Virus record (IMG/VR): IMGVR_UViG_3300015371_000013
Span: 1-64,000 of that record
From: a virus
DNA: 64,000 nt
Reading direction: 5' to 3' (one strand)
A program made the position numbers and the translations under genes. Position 1 is the stretch's first letter. The number at the start of each line of letters is the position of its first letter. Below are positions 54,016-64,000 of the stretch, in pieces. The notes beneath the pieces are model-generated. The model had not been told where the DNA came from. It ran no database searches and was given only the letters and a program-made list of their open reading frames with translations.

Positions 54016-54636
54016 CTAGAGCGCAGCTAGCTTTTGTTTGGCGACTGCGATTTGTCCTTTCATTTTGGTAGCCAAAGTCTTGAGTGAAGAGATCTTATGG
54101 GCTCTCTTCTTAGACTCTGCCTTATCCCCCTTGGACTTGTCGCCGTCCTTCTTATCTTTGGACTTCTCTGTCTGCTGTTTCTTGGCTCGATCTTTCTTGG
54201 CCTCACGGGCCTTTTCAGCCTTTTCGGCAGCGGTATCTGGTTTTTCTCGCTCTTTGGCTGCACGCTCCTTTTTGGCCGCCGACTTTCGGTCTTCACGAGC
54301 CTCTTCATGCTGCAATTCTCGAATCCGGGCTTCAATCTTTTGAAGTTTCCCCTCGAGAGATCGGATTTGAGTGGACAGTTCCTTGCGTTGCTTGGCTATG
54401 GCTTCCTTATGGATCTGGTCCATAGTCTTGCCGGTACGAGGATCGATCCTACCGACTTTAGCCCGGGCTCTACGCTGCTGGGCTCGATTCTCTGCCCGGG
54501 TATCGACATCGAAATCCTCGGCTCTGCCCTTACGACGACCTTTCAACTCTCGGGTTCTCAGATAATATTGATGAGCTTTGATCGGATCGTAAAGGGGACC
54601 GTGACGAAGCTCGAATTCAGTGGGAGTTCGCATCAT
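54016..54636 (-). CDS. Basic coiled-coil head-associated protein
   Basis: LRHG..YDP.KAH.YY.RT..LKGR. Confidence 0.7.
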   Translation of the reverse strand: MMRTPTEFELRHGPLYDPIKAHQYYLRTRELKGRRKGRAEDFDVDTRAENRAQQRRARAKVGRIDPRTGKTMDQIHKEAIAKQRKELSTQIRSLEGKLQKIEARIRELQHEEAREDRKSAAKKERAAKEREKPDTAAEKAEKAREAKKDRAKKQQTEKSKDKKDGDKSKGDKAESKKRAHKISSLKTLATKMKGQIAVAKQKLAAL

Positions 54637-55961
54637 TCACCCGCCAATGCTGCGTCGGCTTCGGCTCCCGTTGCCGCAAGCTCCTCGATCATGGCTTGGG
54701 CTGCTGGATCACCTTCATCAGTGATGTCTTCCGCCGTGGAATCAACGACCTCAACCCCCGTATCCCCCTGAGGCATGTTGGCATTGATCAACTTATCGGC
54801 CTTAGGCTCCTGAGACGGCTTCATCCCGATGGCCTGTCGGATCTCGTTGGACGAGGTGATCTCGTTTCGGGTGAACTTGTCGGCGATGTCAGCGATGCCA
54901 CCTTCGCCACCAATGGGCACGAACTTGAATGGATCTCGGAAGTACATGATCGACTGACCCTGAGTACGTGCCGTCTTGGTGAGAAAGACTCGGATCATCG
55001 ATTCCACGATTGAATCCAACAGAGGCTCGATGGTACGAGCGTAGTAGTTCAGCATGACCTTCTCATCAGCCGTGCCGTTCATAACCTCCGGAGTCAATCC
55101 CAGCTCACCGTACAGCTGGGTTTTAAGTTCTTGAATTTGCGGTAGGAGGTTGTTGTCTACGGCACGATTAAGTTGAACGATCTTCTCAGTACCATCAGTA
55201 TAGGCGATGCCATACTGACTTCCCTTGAGCTGAAACTCAATATCCTTTCGCCTTTGTTCGGCCTGCTGACGACGAGCTTCCGACTTGATGACATAAGGAA
55301 GCTGAATGATGAGGTCGAGCTTGCCCGAAGCCGACTGTTCATCCACGGTATCGAGAAGATTGAGCTTACGAATCAATCGTTGCAAGGTCGAATTCGGCTC
55401 ATTCATCACCGAATATAGAGGATTCTCGACGATGGCCACCGTCTTCTTGGGAAGTGTGATCTCTTCTCGAGTTCCCCGATTTTCATCGTACAGAGAAACT
55501 CGAACATGGTGAGGAAACCATGTCATGATGCGACCCACACGCATGGTCTTGATGTCGTAGCCCCCTGATTCCTCTGGAGACAAGGTGGTGTCTACGGGGA
55601 CAATGGCAGCCACACCTTCATCCAGGATGGTCATGGCGATGTCTTGACGAAATGCTCGACCCGCCTGATCGACATTGGCCTCCAAAGTCAAACAGTTGTC
55701 GAGACCACTTTCGATGTCTTCCAAATATCGGCGTTGCTCATCAGTACGGACATGCCTCATAGGCACCGAAGCCACATCGATACCAATCCGGGTATAAATC
55801 GAGGAGATGATCGATCGCTCATTCGAAAACCGAGGACGAATTCGATCGGGCCGTCCACCAAAATATGATCCGGACACGATCTCCATCGGGCGATCTCTCA
55901 CGCTGTCACTATCTGTGAACGCGTTCCAAGCGTGTCTCAGCCGGTCTCCGAGCTTTGCCAT
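54633..55961 (-). CDS. Portal protein
   Basis: HAWNAF, ENPLYSVMNEPNSTLQRL, GKLDLIIQLPY, GIAYTDGTE. Confidence 0.9.
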   Translation of the reverse strand: MAKLGDRLRHAWNAFTDSDSVRDRPMEIVSGSYFGGRPDRIRPRFSNERSIISSIYTRIGIDVASVPMRHVRTDEQRRYLEDIESGLDNCLTLEANVDQAGRAFRQDIAMTILDEGVAAIVPVDTTLSPEESGGYDIKTMRVGRIMTWFPHHVRVSLYDENRGTREEITLPKKTVAIVENPLYSVMNEPNSTLQRLIRKLNLLDTVDEQSASGKLDLIIQLPYVIKSEARRQQAEQRRKDIEFQLKGSQYGIAYTDGTEKIVQLNRAVDNNLLPQIQELKTQLYGELGLTPEVMNGTADEKVMLNYYARTIEPLLDSIVESMIRVFLTKTARTQGQSIMYFRDPFKFVPIGGEGGIADIADKFTRNEITSSNEIRQAIGMKPSQEPKADKLINANMPQGDTGVEVVDSTAEDITDEGDPAAQAMIEELAATGAEADAALAGE

Positions 55962-55976
55962 ACATCACCTCCTCTC

Positions 55977-56207
55977 TCATCGTGGCCAGATTTGACCGAC
56001 GTTGGGCTCCAGGTACTTCCCTTCTACACTAACCGCGCCTTGCACCACATAGGGGGATTGCAGTTTATAAGCTGGAAAGGGCACCGCATTTTCGCCCTCG
56101 GTCAAGAACGCATAAGCTGTGGGTGGCACTGTAAATATAATCGATCTCGGAATAACCTGACCCGAAGTTATACCCAAAGGAGAAGTTACATTGGCTATGA
56201 TTGCCAT
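55977..56207 (-). CDS. Small accessory structural protein (paralog of 57203..57508)
   Basis: Ends LEPNVGQIWPR; TGATG coupling. Confidence 0.65.
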   Translation of the reverse strand: MAIIANVTSPLGITSGQVIPRSIIFTVPPTAYAFLTEGENAVPFPAYKLQSPYVVQGAVSVEGKYLEPNVGQIWPR

Positions 56208-57187
56208 CAGGCTGATACTCCGGTATCCCACATACGACCATCGGCAGCATTATAAGGAACCCACAACCGGCTTTGAAGCACGTAGCCATCACCGAAAGAA
56301 AATCCTACCGGAGGCACTGTGGTGTTGACTCGCATGCGCTTCACTTTTCCTACTGCCCAACCCATCGTAGGATACCCTCGCGAATCAGATGCTCCAAACG
56401 CTTGATAAAGAGTAATTCCTTGTTCTGCGACTAGACGTTGACCACCTTGAAGAGCATCATTTAGTTTGAGATCACCCTCGAAACCCAAAACTGGACCATT
56501 AACCGAAGTCAAACTAAGCATGTTCATCAAAGCACAGCCAAAATGACTGATTCCAGCCACGGCAGGATTACGAAGCATATGTCCTTGAGCAGAGCTCGGT
56601 GCTGCAGACCCATAACAATGAACCGGCATGGCGATGGGAAGAGTCATGATCGGAGTATAGGTGCCACAATGGAAAAACCCGTTGGAAGCCCCACTAAACG
56701 CCACGGCAAACCCATCATCAGCTACGATGATCCAATACTTGGTTGAGCTTCCACTAGGTGCCCATGAGTTAAAATACGGAGTACCCTGAGCAGATCCGTT
56801 AGGGACTGTGGTACTCAGAATATAAGTAGTAGCATCAGGAATACGACCTAGTGAATCGTATACTATCGCTCCAGTAGTAGCAGAAGCCGAACAGAACTTC
56901 GCCACCGTATGCGTCGCTAAGGTATAACTCTCACAAATAAAGAAACGAAGCGATCCGTCACCCAAGGTGCGCCCGATGACCACGAAATAATCAGAGGGTA
57001 ACCCCGACTGAGAAGCCAAGCACTTAAATACATACCAACGCACGAGACCGCTAGCCGGAGTAAACTCCTCGACTAGATCCCAGGCAGCGTGAACAATGAG
57101 ATCGTCACGAAGCTGCTCAACCATAGCCAATCCAACCGACCCCGCATCGGGCTGATTGATGGTACCGGTGGTAAACGCGAGTGCCAC
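56207..57187 (-). CDS. Accessory structural protein (paralog of 57508..58479)
   Basis: TGTINQPDAGSVGLAMVE...WDTGV. Confidence 0.75.
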   Translation of the reverse strand: MALAFTTGTINQPDAGSVGLAMVEQLRDDLIVHAAWDLVEEFTPASGLVRWYVFKCLASQSGLPSDYFVVIGRTLGDGSLRFFICESYTLATHTVAKFCSASATTGAIVYDSLGRIPDATTYILSTTVPNGSAQGTPYFNSWAPSGSSTKYWIIVADDGFAVAFSGASNGFFHCGTYTPIMTLPIAMPVHCYGSAAPSSAQGHMLRNPAVAGISHFGCALMNMLSLTSVNGPVLGFEGDLKLNDALQGGQRLVAEQGITLYQAFGASDSRGYPTMGWAVGKVKRMRVNTTVPPVGFSFGDGYVLQSRLWVPYNAADGRMWDTGVSA

Positions 57188-57202
57188 TCTTTACCTCCTC
57201 TC

Positions 57203-57508
57203 TCAGCGGGGCCAGATTTGTCCGACGTTGGGTTCCAGAACGTCAAGCGTAGGACTAAGAATGCTATTAATAGATCGAGTAATTCCTGGACCAGGAAGAA
57301 CCCATCCTGGATCAGCTTCTAGAGTAGTGTCTATAAGAAATCCTCCTGCCATAGGAGCAGTCGGAAATCGATTCGTGATAGGGCCTGAAAGAAGATCGAT
57401 CGAAGTCAGAGTGGTCCGATCAATCAAATCCCCCGTAGGAATTGGAGGGAGGAATTCAAGCGTGGTTATAAGAGGAGTTACTTCAACTAGGTTGCCCTGA
57501 ACCGCCAT
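57203..57508 (-). CDS. Small accessory structural protein
   Basis: Ends LEPNVGQIWPR. Confidence 0.65.
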   Translation of the reverse strand: MAVQGNLVEVTPLITTLEFLPPIPTGDLIDRTTLTSIDLLSGPITNRFPTAPMAGGFLIDTTLEADPGWVLPGPGITRSINSILSPTLDVLEPNVGQIWPR

Positions 57509-58479
57509 CAGGAAGCCGCCACTCCGGTGTCCCAGACCCGATAATCAGTAGGATGAAAAGGAACCCACAGCCGGTTCTGAAGCACGTAAGCATCTCCAAA
57601 AGCAAATCCAGGAGGAGTCTGGCCTCCACCCACCCTAAGACGCTTATGCTTCCCCAGAACATAGCCAAATCCTGGAATCCCAATCTGCGGTTGATACTGG
57701 AGAGTAACCATTCCAATCTCGGCGACCGCTCGTTGATTACCTTGCAGTTTGTCATTGTAATTCATATACGAGGCAAATCCGAGAATATTCTGAGTCGGCT
57801 GACTTGAACCTTGCCCTCCGGTGAACCCCAAAGCACCCCCAAACATATTGCTAACATTGGCTACCGCCGGATTACGACAGAAAATCCCAATACCGTCATA
57901 ACCCATAATCATGATAGGCAAGGTCATGGACAACTGGGTAAGGGGAATAAACGCCCCACCATGGACATATCCGTTGGACGCGCCATTGAAGGCTACTGAA
58001 AATCCGTCATTATCGACAATCAGCCACCACTTTGTTGACGTACCACTGGGAGTCCAGGTAGTGAAATTGGGGAAAGGACCTCCTCCAGTGTTAAACGGCC
58101 CAGTAGCCAACACAAAAGTATTTGGTACAGCCAATCGTCCTAGAGAATCATAATTGTAACTAGAAGTATAGTTTTGCCCGATGGAAAAATATGTCATGAT
58201 ATGGGCAGCCGCGGTATACTCTTCACAGATAGAAAAGCGAAGCGATCCGTCACCGAGGGTACGAGAAATAACCAAAAACCAATCAGCCGACATACCGGAT
58301 TGCGAAGCCAGACACTTGAACACATACCAACGCACGGTACCGCTAGCTGCGGTAAATTCCTCGACCAAATCCCAGGCTACGTGGGCAACGAGCTCATCTC
58401 GGATCTTCTCAACCATGGCCAATCCAACTGATCCCGCATCCGGTTGGTTGATGGTTCCGGTATTAAAGCTAATTGCCAT
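57508..58479 (-). CDS. Accessory structural protein
   Basis: TGTINQPDAGSVGLAMVE...WDTGV. Confidence 0.75.
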   Translation of the reverse strand: MAISFNTGTINQPDAGSVGLAMVEKIRDELVAHVAWDLVEEFTAASGTVRWYVFKCLASQSGMSADWFLVISRTLGDGSLRFSICEEYTAAAHIMTYFSIGQNYTSSYNYDSLGRLAVPNTFVLATGPFNTGGGPFPNFTTWTPSGTSTKWWLIVDNDGFSVAFNGASNGYVHGGAFIPLTQLSMTLPIMIMGYDGIGIFCRNPAVANVSNMFGGALGFTGGQGSSQPTQNILGFASYMNYNDKLQGNQRAVAEIGMVTLQYQPQIGIPGFGYVLGKHKRLRVGGGQTPPGFAFGDAYVLQNRLWVPFHPTDYRVWDTGVAAS

Positions 58480-58480
58480 A

Positions 58481-59184
58481 TTACTCCGTCCTGAAGTAGT
58501 GGTAGGTGACGGAAATCGAATTTGCCGTGAGACCAAGATTTGTTACAGTGGAGTAAAAATTCGAATCGAACGCATCCTGAGAAGTCATGTCCACGGCAGG
58601 ACTAAGAATCAGCTCGAGCAGCCCTACGTAAGTCACTACCTCAAGCAGACGACCGTGATTACCCTGAGGCTTGATTCCGATGGATCGTGTAATATCGGCG
58701 TCACGTGTAGCACTGGTGGGATAGAGCCGTACCCGAGCTGGACGATTGGTGGCAATCTTGTACAACCTCACTGACGGATATAACTCAAGGGTGTCAGTTT
58801 CCGTCGAACCCGCGTTCAATACTGCAGTATTCTCGGTCTTAATCACCCGAGTAGAAAACCCACCACCAATCATGAGTGGTTCGCCCAACTCATTAAAAAG
58901 TTGTAGCTTCTCCGGCAAGAGATTGGGATCTTGGGGATCGCCCGACGTGAGGAGCATCTGACGAGTTCGCTGCTGGGTAACTCTGGCCATCAGACCTCCT
59001 TCTTTAGTTTCGATATCGGCTGATCTCCAATGAGCTTTAAAACGTCTTCTGGTGATGCCCCTTCAATGAGAATGGGTGTAGTCGAGAATGGAAGCGTAGA
59101 ATATACCCAGTCACCCGCTTCTTCGTTCTTTCTCGCTGCGGCTTCCAACCTCTCGACCGCCTTCTTATCAGCCGGAGCGCTCAT
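58481..59184 (-). other. Two CDSs (58481..58990 fibre-like; 58990..59184 hypothetical)
   Basis: Coupled ORFs; the first has the PARVRLY motif seen in fibre C-termini. Confidence 0.6.
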
Positions 59185-60629
59185 CTAACCCCTCCCATTT
59201 CATCAAATAGAGCTTTGGCCGCAGTTAGCTGTTTCGTCGTAAGTTTACTACGCATCTCAGGAGTAAAGTAATGTCCGGACAATTCCGCCAATGCCTCAGC
59301 CGGTTCTGTGGCTCCGTATGGACTCAATTTGCTCAACTCTTTAAAGCTCAAACCATGCTTTTTGAGAATGGCTTTGTGAGCGTTGTGTTTGCTCTTAGAC
59401 CATTTGAGCTGAGATCTGACCTGAGCTGTAATACTACTACCACTTCCTGAACCTGACATCATATCCCAGGCATCCGGAATCTCACCATGTGCCACAGCCA
59501 GCATATGACCCATTTCGTGATAGCCCAGAAACTTCTTTGTGAAGATTCCCGGTTGAAGTCGCTTCACATACTCGGCTTCACTAGGAGAATATCCATCAAA
59601 CAGATCGTTGTACATCAAACGAGCTTCACCCTTCTTGATTCCCATTACCGCAGCCGGTGACTTTCCAGCCAAAAGTCCTTCCATTCCCGGAACCTGCGAC
59701 ATGGGTACAACTTCGACTGCCAGATCCCTTACTGACGGATATCGCTTTCGCATGTCTTCGAACGTATCGATAAGTTCGGCATGATGCCGAGCTACCATCT
59801 CGTTGGCAAACCCAGTCTTTGGGCGAATATCAGCATAGCCTTTGCTAAGATCTACTACCAGATCTCCAGGCCGCTTGAGCTGAAAGGCTGGATTGTCTCG
59901 CCCTAAGCCTTTCAGCAGAACCTCAGGATTAGCTGGTTTCCGAGGGCCCAGACTGCTGATGTTAAATCCGGCTCCCCCACTTGAATACGCCTTGTACGCT
60001 ACGAATCCGACTACCGAAGCCGCTCCGATACCGAGAGCAATCTTTTGATTTCGAGTAAGACCCTTCCTCTTTCCACCCTGTTCTTGAGGTGGTAAAGTCG
60101 GATCTATTTTTTCCGAAGTCTGCGATGACGATTTAGTCGCAAGCTTGAGATTCGGCTTACCTACTGCCAATTCTGCAGCTCGTTGTCGTTTCTCGGATTC
60201 GTTTCGAGCCACGGCCTCCCGAGACGAAGTCTCCTCCTTCTTTTGGATTCCCCAGCGCATGCCTTTGACGCCGTGATGAGCCAAAGACTCCGGGGGCTCC
60301 TCATCCAGCTGTGAGTAATATCGTCTCAGCGCGTTGGCGGCTTTTTTCTTCTCTTCATCAGAGACCCCCTTGAGCCCGCCTCGAGCGCCTGCCAAAGCCG
60401 CAGCGGCAGCATGCACGCCGTTTCGATTCAGAGAGCCGTCTGGCGTCTTGACCGGTAACTTGCACTGACTCTTGGAGGTCGGTTCTCCATCGTGAATATG
60501 AACTAGACATGCCGCATGCCACTGCTCAAGCGTGTAGTCCGCTTTGGTCCAATTGCTCCACGGCGTCTCGGAAATATGGGCGAGTGCCTCTTCTGGGGAG
60601 GCAAACACTTGATTACCTCCCTGGTACAT
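59181..60629 (-). CDS. Head-associated protein with HHGVKGMRWG motif and C-terminal zincin metalloprotease
   Basis: LAHHGVKGMRWG; central TM; YHEMGH...LSPYG...EALAE. Confidence 0.75.
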   Translation of the reverse strand: MYQGGNQVFASPEEALAHISETPWSNWTKADYTLEQWHAACLVHIHDGEPTSKSQCKLPVKTPDGSLNRNGVHAAAAALAGARGGLKGVSDEEKKKAANALRRYYSQLDEEPPESLAHHGVKGMRWGIQKKEETSSREAVARNESEKRQRAAELAVGKPNLKLATKSSSQTSEKIDPTLPPQEQGGKRKGLTRNQKIALGIGAASVVGFVAYKAYSSGGAGFNISSLGPRKPANPEVLLKGLGRDNPAFQLKRPGDLVVDLSKGYADIRPKTGFANEMVARHHAELIDTFEDMRKRYPSVRDLAVEVVPMSQVPGMEGLLAGKSPAAVMGIKKGEARLMYNDLFDGYSPSEAEYVKRLQPGIFTKKFLGYHEMGHMLAVAHGEIPDAWDMMSGSGSGSSITAQVRSQLKWSKSKHNAHKAILKKHGLSFKELSKLSPYGATEPAEALAELSGHYFTPEMRSKLTTKQLTAAKALFDEMGGVR

Positions 60630-60642
60630 TCAAGGCCTCCTT

Positions 60643-61620
60643 TTAGAGAGCGGAAAGATCGATCGGGTTCCCATCGTGATCAAACAACTTCAGTCGAACT
60701 TCCTCACGATCACCACGTTGACGGTGACCAAATATGTGAGCATAGCTGCCCGGAAGATCGATCAGATTTCCATCGGAATCAAACAACTTCAATCGAACTT
60801 TCTCACGATCTCCACGATGGCTACGACCAAATATGTGCGCATCGCTACCTGAAAGATCGATTCGATTTCCCTCACGATCAAATACCTTCAGTCGAACTTC
60901 TTCACGATCACCACAACGACGTCGACCAAATATGTGAGCATCGAATACGTAGCTTGGCTCGCCTCCTGGTGAAGAAACCTCAGGCACGCTGTTGAAAATG
61001 ACGTTTCCGTCAACTTCCAGATAATCCCATTTCACAACTGCTGAGCGAGGAGTTCCCTCTTCCCAGTCTCCCCAGTCATCAGGACTTTCCGAGTTGGCAT
61101 AGACATCAACTTCGATTTCGCCCTCAGTAATCAGAGTTCCGTTCCACGGAATACTACCTAATTCCGTAAAGACATCACCATCTTCAGAAACTTCCCAATA
61201 AAGAGTTCCCGACTCTACCCGAGCTCGCCACCACGGAGTAATCGCCGGATCAATGGCCGGATTCGGAGAAATCCCTACGTTTGTTTCACCAGCGACCATA
61301 CGCGCATCACAGATTGCTGTGCCCAGATACGAATACCAATCAAACTGTATCCAACGCCAATTGCTATTAATTTCACGATTACGTAGGAAAGCCACAACAT
61401 CCAGATCGTAGGCTCCATCTCCAGTAGGAGCGGGTAGTCTCACCGTGAACTGAAAATCTCCTGTAATCGGACACATCGGACTGATAGTACCCGCATACCA
61501 CTGATCAGGTGGATTATGAGTATCAACCGTCAACAGAATCCCCTCTGTAGGAGAGAACTCGACGATGGTGTCATCGCTTCCTTTCACCCAACCAGTTGGA
61601 TCAACAGGAATCTGTGGCAT
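60643..61620 (-). CDS. Beta-rich (lectin-like) protein with three C-terminal 33-aa repeats
   Basis: AHIFG....DREEVRLK.FD..GN.IDL x3 (99-nt period). Confidence 0.7.
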   Translation of the reverse strand: MPQIPVDPTGWVKGSDDTIVEFSPTEGILLTVDTHNPPDQWYAGTISPMCPITGDFQFTVRLPAPTGDGAYDLDVVAFLRNREINSNWRWIQFDWYSYLGTAICDARMVAGETNVGISPNPAIDPAITPWWRARVESGTLYWEVSEDGDVFTELGSIPWNGTLITEGEIEVDVYANSESPDDWGDWEEGTPRSAVVKWDYLEVDGNVIFNSVPEVSSPGGEPSYVFDAHIFGRRRCGDREEVRLKVFDREGNRIDLSGSDAHIFGRSHRGDREKVRLKLFDSDGNLIDLPGSYAHIFGHRQRGDREEVRLKLFDHDGNPIDLSAL

Positions 61621-61637
61621 CTACTCGAAGACCTCCT

Positions 61638-63263
61638 TTATACGATGGCTCGATAACGAAGTACAGAACCCGTGTAAACCAGAGTAGGACTACCTGCTGT
61701 CTTGGTATTCTGTGCCCACCGGAATTTGAACAGACCGCCGTTGCCAACGTGATGAGCCAGACCTCGACATACTCGCTTTGCCGCCGCGGTTCCAAAGGTA
61801 GCACTTACACCACCCACGTCAGTAGTGGTAAGCGTTTGTGCCGCATCTGCAGTACTCAGACCAACCCACATGGTTGAGCCACGTGCAGTAGCATCCTCGG
61901 ACAGCTCACACTTAATATCAGGAGTCCCACTACCAGCAGGCGAAGCATAAAGCAAAAGCAGCTCGATTTCGTATGCCGTACCCGCCACCGTCTGAAACTG
62001 CAATTCGTTATCGTCTTGAAGGACGTTGTCGTTGTACGACTCGTCAACCGCTTTACGCACTACCGTCCAGCCAGCCGTATTAACGATCCACTGACTATCG
62101 TAGTCAGTATCCGATTTCTTGGAAAGAACTTGTCCAACCGTTCCCCCGGCGGCTACGCCAGGACCAGTAGCTCCCTGAGCACCGGTATCACCCTTAGGCC
62201 CTTGAGCACCGGTATCACCCTTCGCCCCCTGAGCACCGGTGTCACCCTTAGGGCCTTGAGGACCCTGCGGACCAGGGGATCCATCAACTCCTGGAGGTCC
62301 TTGGATAGCGCCTCCGTTGACCCACTGGTCGCCATCCCAAATCCACAGCGAATCGTCGGCCTCGACCAGGTAAGCGTCGCCGTTTTTCAGATTGCTAAAG
62401 GTCTGGGAACTAGGCAAGTCGGCCTCAGTCGGAACCGATCCCTTAAACGTTATGCCTGTGCCCGTCGCGCCCTGCAGACCTTGCGGTCCAGTCGGACCAG
62501 GATCACCCTTATCGCCCTTCGGCCCCGCCGGACCCGGTACCGTAGAATCAGCACCAGACGGACCAGGATCGCCTTGAGGCCCCTGAGGACCTTCCGGACC
62601 GGGCATCGTAGAGTCTTCTCCGGGAGGACCAGTTGGCCCCGGATCGCCCTTCAATCCCTGCGGCCCTTCCGGGCCCTGAGGACCAGGTACAGTCGAATCA
62701 GCACCAGGAGGACCTTCGGGACCAGTATCACCTTGAGCACCCGTAGGACCAGGAACGGTTGAGTCAGCCCCAGCAGGGCCAGGATCGCCTTGAGGCCCCG
62801 CAACTCCAGTGTCTCCCTTTGGCCCTGCCGGTCCTTGAATTCCGGCGGGACCGGCCAAGCCCGTATCACCAGTATCTCCCTTTGGACCTTGTTGACCCGG
62901 TTCCCCCATAGGTCCCTGAGGACCTTCGGGACCGGGCTCGCCTTGAAGTCCTTGCGGTCCTTGAGGACCTTCGACTCCTTGTTGACCTGGCTCGCCTGTG
63001 GGCCCCGGAGACCCGGTATCTCCCGTATCTCCCTTTGGACCTGGAGGGCCAGGCTCGCCCTTTGGGCCCTGAGGTCCTTCCGGACCTTCTGGACCCATCG
63101 GGCCTTGAATACCTTCGCCAATCGACTCGGAAGTCAGATCAACAAAGTTGTTCAAGTCGATGGGAGTCATATCTGGCTTGTACAGCGCCACTCGAATGTA
63201 TTCCTGGCCCTCACGTGGCTTTGCGTTAGGAATAACAATGGCTTGCATGGGTCCTGCTGGCAT
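61638..63263 (-). CDS. Collagen-like fibre protein
   Basis: Long Gly-X-Y tracts, GDAYLV..D.LW.WDG..W.N.G.IQGP, GGT.GQVL.K.S.TDYD..W. Confidence 0.85.
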   Translation of the reverse strand: MPAGPMQAIVIPNAKPREGQEYIRVALYKPDMTPIDLNNFVDLTSESIGEGIQGPMGPEGPEGPQGPKGEPGPPGPKGDTGDTGSPGPTGEPGQQGVEGPQGPQGLQGEPGPEGPQGPMGEPGQQGPKGDTGDTGLAGPAGIQGPAGPKGDTGVAGPQGDPGPAGADSTVPGPTGAQGDTGPEGPPGADSTVPGPQGPEGPQGLKGDPGPTGPPGEDSTMPGPEGPQGPQGDPGPSGADSTVPGPAGPKGDKGDPGPTGPQGLQGATGTGITFKGSVPTEADLPSSQTFSNLKNGDAYLVEADDSLWIWDGDQWVNGGAIQGPPGVDGSPGPQGPQGPKGDTGAQGAKGDTGAQGPKGDTGAQGATGPGVAAGGTVGQVLSKKSDTDYDSQWIVNTAGWTVVRKAVDESYNDNVLQDDNELQFQTVAGTAYEIELLLLYASPAGSGTPDIKCELSEDATARGSTMWVGLSTADAAQTLTTTDVGGVSATFGTAAAKRVCRGLAHHVGNGGLFKFRWAQNTKTAGSPTLVYTGSVLRYRAIV

Positions 63264-63282
63264 TACTCGAAGGCCTCCTGAT

Positions 63283-63864
63283 CTATAGAATTCCACTAGC
63301 AGGTATGAAAAATGCACTGGCAGAAGAAACCAGTACTTCGCCTTCGGTTCCAACTAAGAGTTCCGAAGATTGATCAGTGACCAGTCGCCAACTAAGCTTA
63401 GCTGTAATTGGAGAAACCGGGATACACGTATCGTATCCATCGATATAAATTTCTCCAGAACTTGATTCAGACGTTTGAGTAGTTTCGAGATTACCTGTCT
63501 CTTGTACAAATGGAGGATCCGGAGCATCTTCGATAATCATACTCAGTTGAAACAACGGAACAATTTCATCAGGACTTACCGGATTGGGTTCGGGACCAAA
63601 CATAAAAAACGCAATCTCACACGGACGAGCAGGAATTGTCAAACTCCCCCATTCTACCCAAGGAGTGACATGAAAATAAGGAGGTGATTGTTCTTCCCCA
63701 AACACTCCTTTACAACTTCCCGAAAGCGTAGCTTCAGAGCTCTGTACTGATAGACCCCCTCTACCATCTACGCCTAACGGATTACCCTCTTTGTCGAACA
63801 ACTTCATTCGAATTTCTTCTCGATCTCCAAATCTTCGGCGACCGAAAATATGAGCATTGAACAT
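63283..63864 (-). CDS. Accessory structural protein with N-terminal AHIFG module
   Basis: [30 protein letters not shown]; TAATG coupling to terminase. Confidence 0.7.
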   Translation of the reverse strand: MFNAHIFGRRRFGDREEIRMKLFDKEGNPLGVDGRGGLSVQSSEATLSGSCKGVFGEEQSPPYFHVTPWVEWGSLTIPARPCEIAFFMFGPEPNPVSPDEIVPLFQLSMIIEDAPDPPFVQETGNLETTQTSESSSGEIYIDGYDTCIPVSPITAKLSWRLVTDQSSELLVGTEGEVLVSSASAFFIPASGIL

Positions 63865-64000
63865 TACTCGAAGGCCTCCTGGTTGGCTTTGAACGCGATG
63901 TAGGCATCCATCATAGCTGCTACATTGTCAATCTTCTCTTCTTGACGTTTCTTGAGCAGCTTGCGATTACCGTTGGTATCCTCCAGAGTAATAGCATTGC
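63864..64000 (-). CDS. terL: Terminase large subunit, C-terminal fragment (truncated by window)
   Basis: NAITLEDTNGNRKLLKKRQEEKIDNVAAMMDAYIAFKANQEAFE*. Confidence 0.85.
   Translation of the reverse strand, partial: NAITLEDTNGNRKLLKKRQEEKIDNVAAMMDAYIAFKANQEAFE

Noticed and set aside
62150-63110. Tandem DNA repeats
   Set aside because: Explained by Gly-X-Y collagen coding

Overview
The window holds almost a whole lytic-looking actinobacterial siphovirus genome, with every credible gene on the minus strand. Read along the minus strand, it runs from the 3' end of the terminase, through an accessory head/fibre gene block, portal, protease-capsid fusion, tail genes and holin cassette, to about 30 kb of small early genes, a helicase-primase-polymerase fusion, SSB, SF2 helicase, a probable origin, nucleases, and a 959-aa single-subunit double-psi-barrel RNA polymerase (ADFDGD) near a probable cos end at position 1. 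The layout matches what I recall of the Arthrobacter AM/AU/AW, Streptomyces BI, Gordonia DJ and Rhodococcus Pepy6/Poco6-like group. A phage mIHF and an Rpf-like protein suggest a Thermoleophilia-like host (inference). The most notable unannotated feature is a 24-bp element, CGCG-N14-TATART followed by G, found 23 times by eye with invariant spacing. It builds promoter-gene-terminator cassettes. Six copies drive no ORF but a short RNA whose terminal stem starts at the G right after TATART. Three RNAs in these units display two copies of a hairpin motif. Several further G-U-supported structured RNAs fill intergenic gaps. All counts and structures were derived by hand, and no database search was run.
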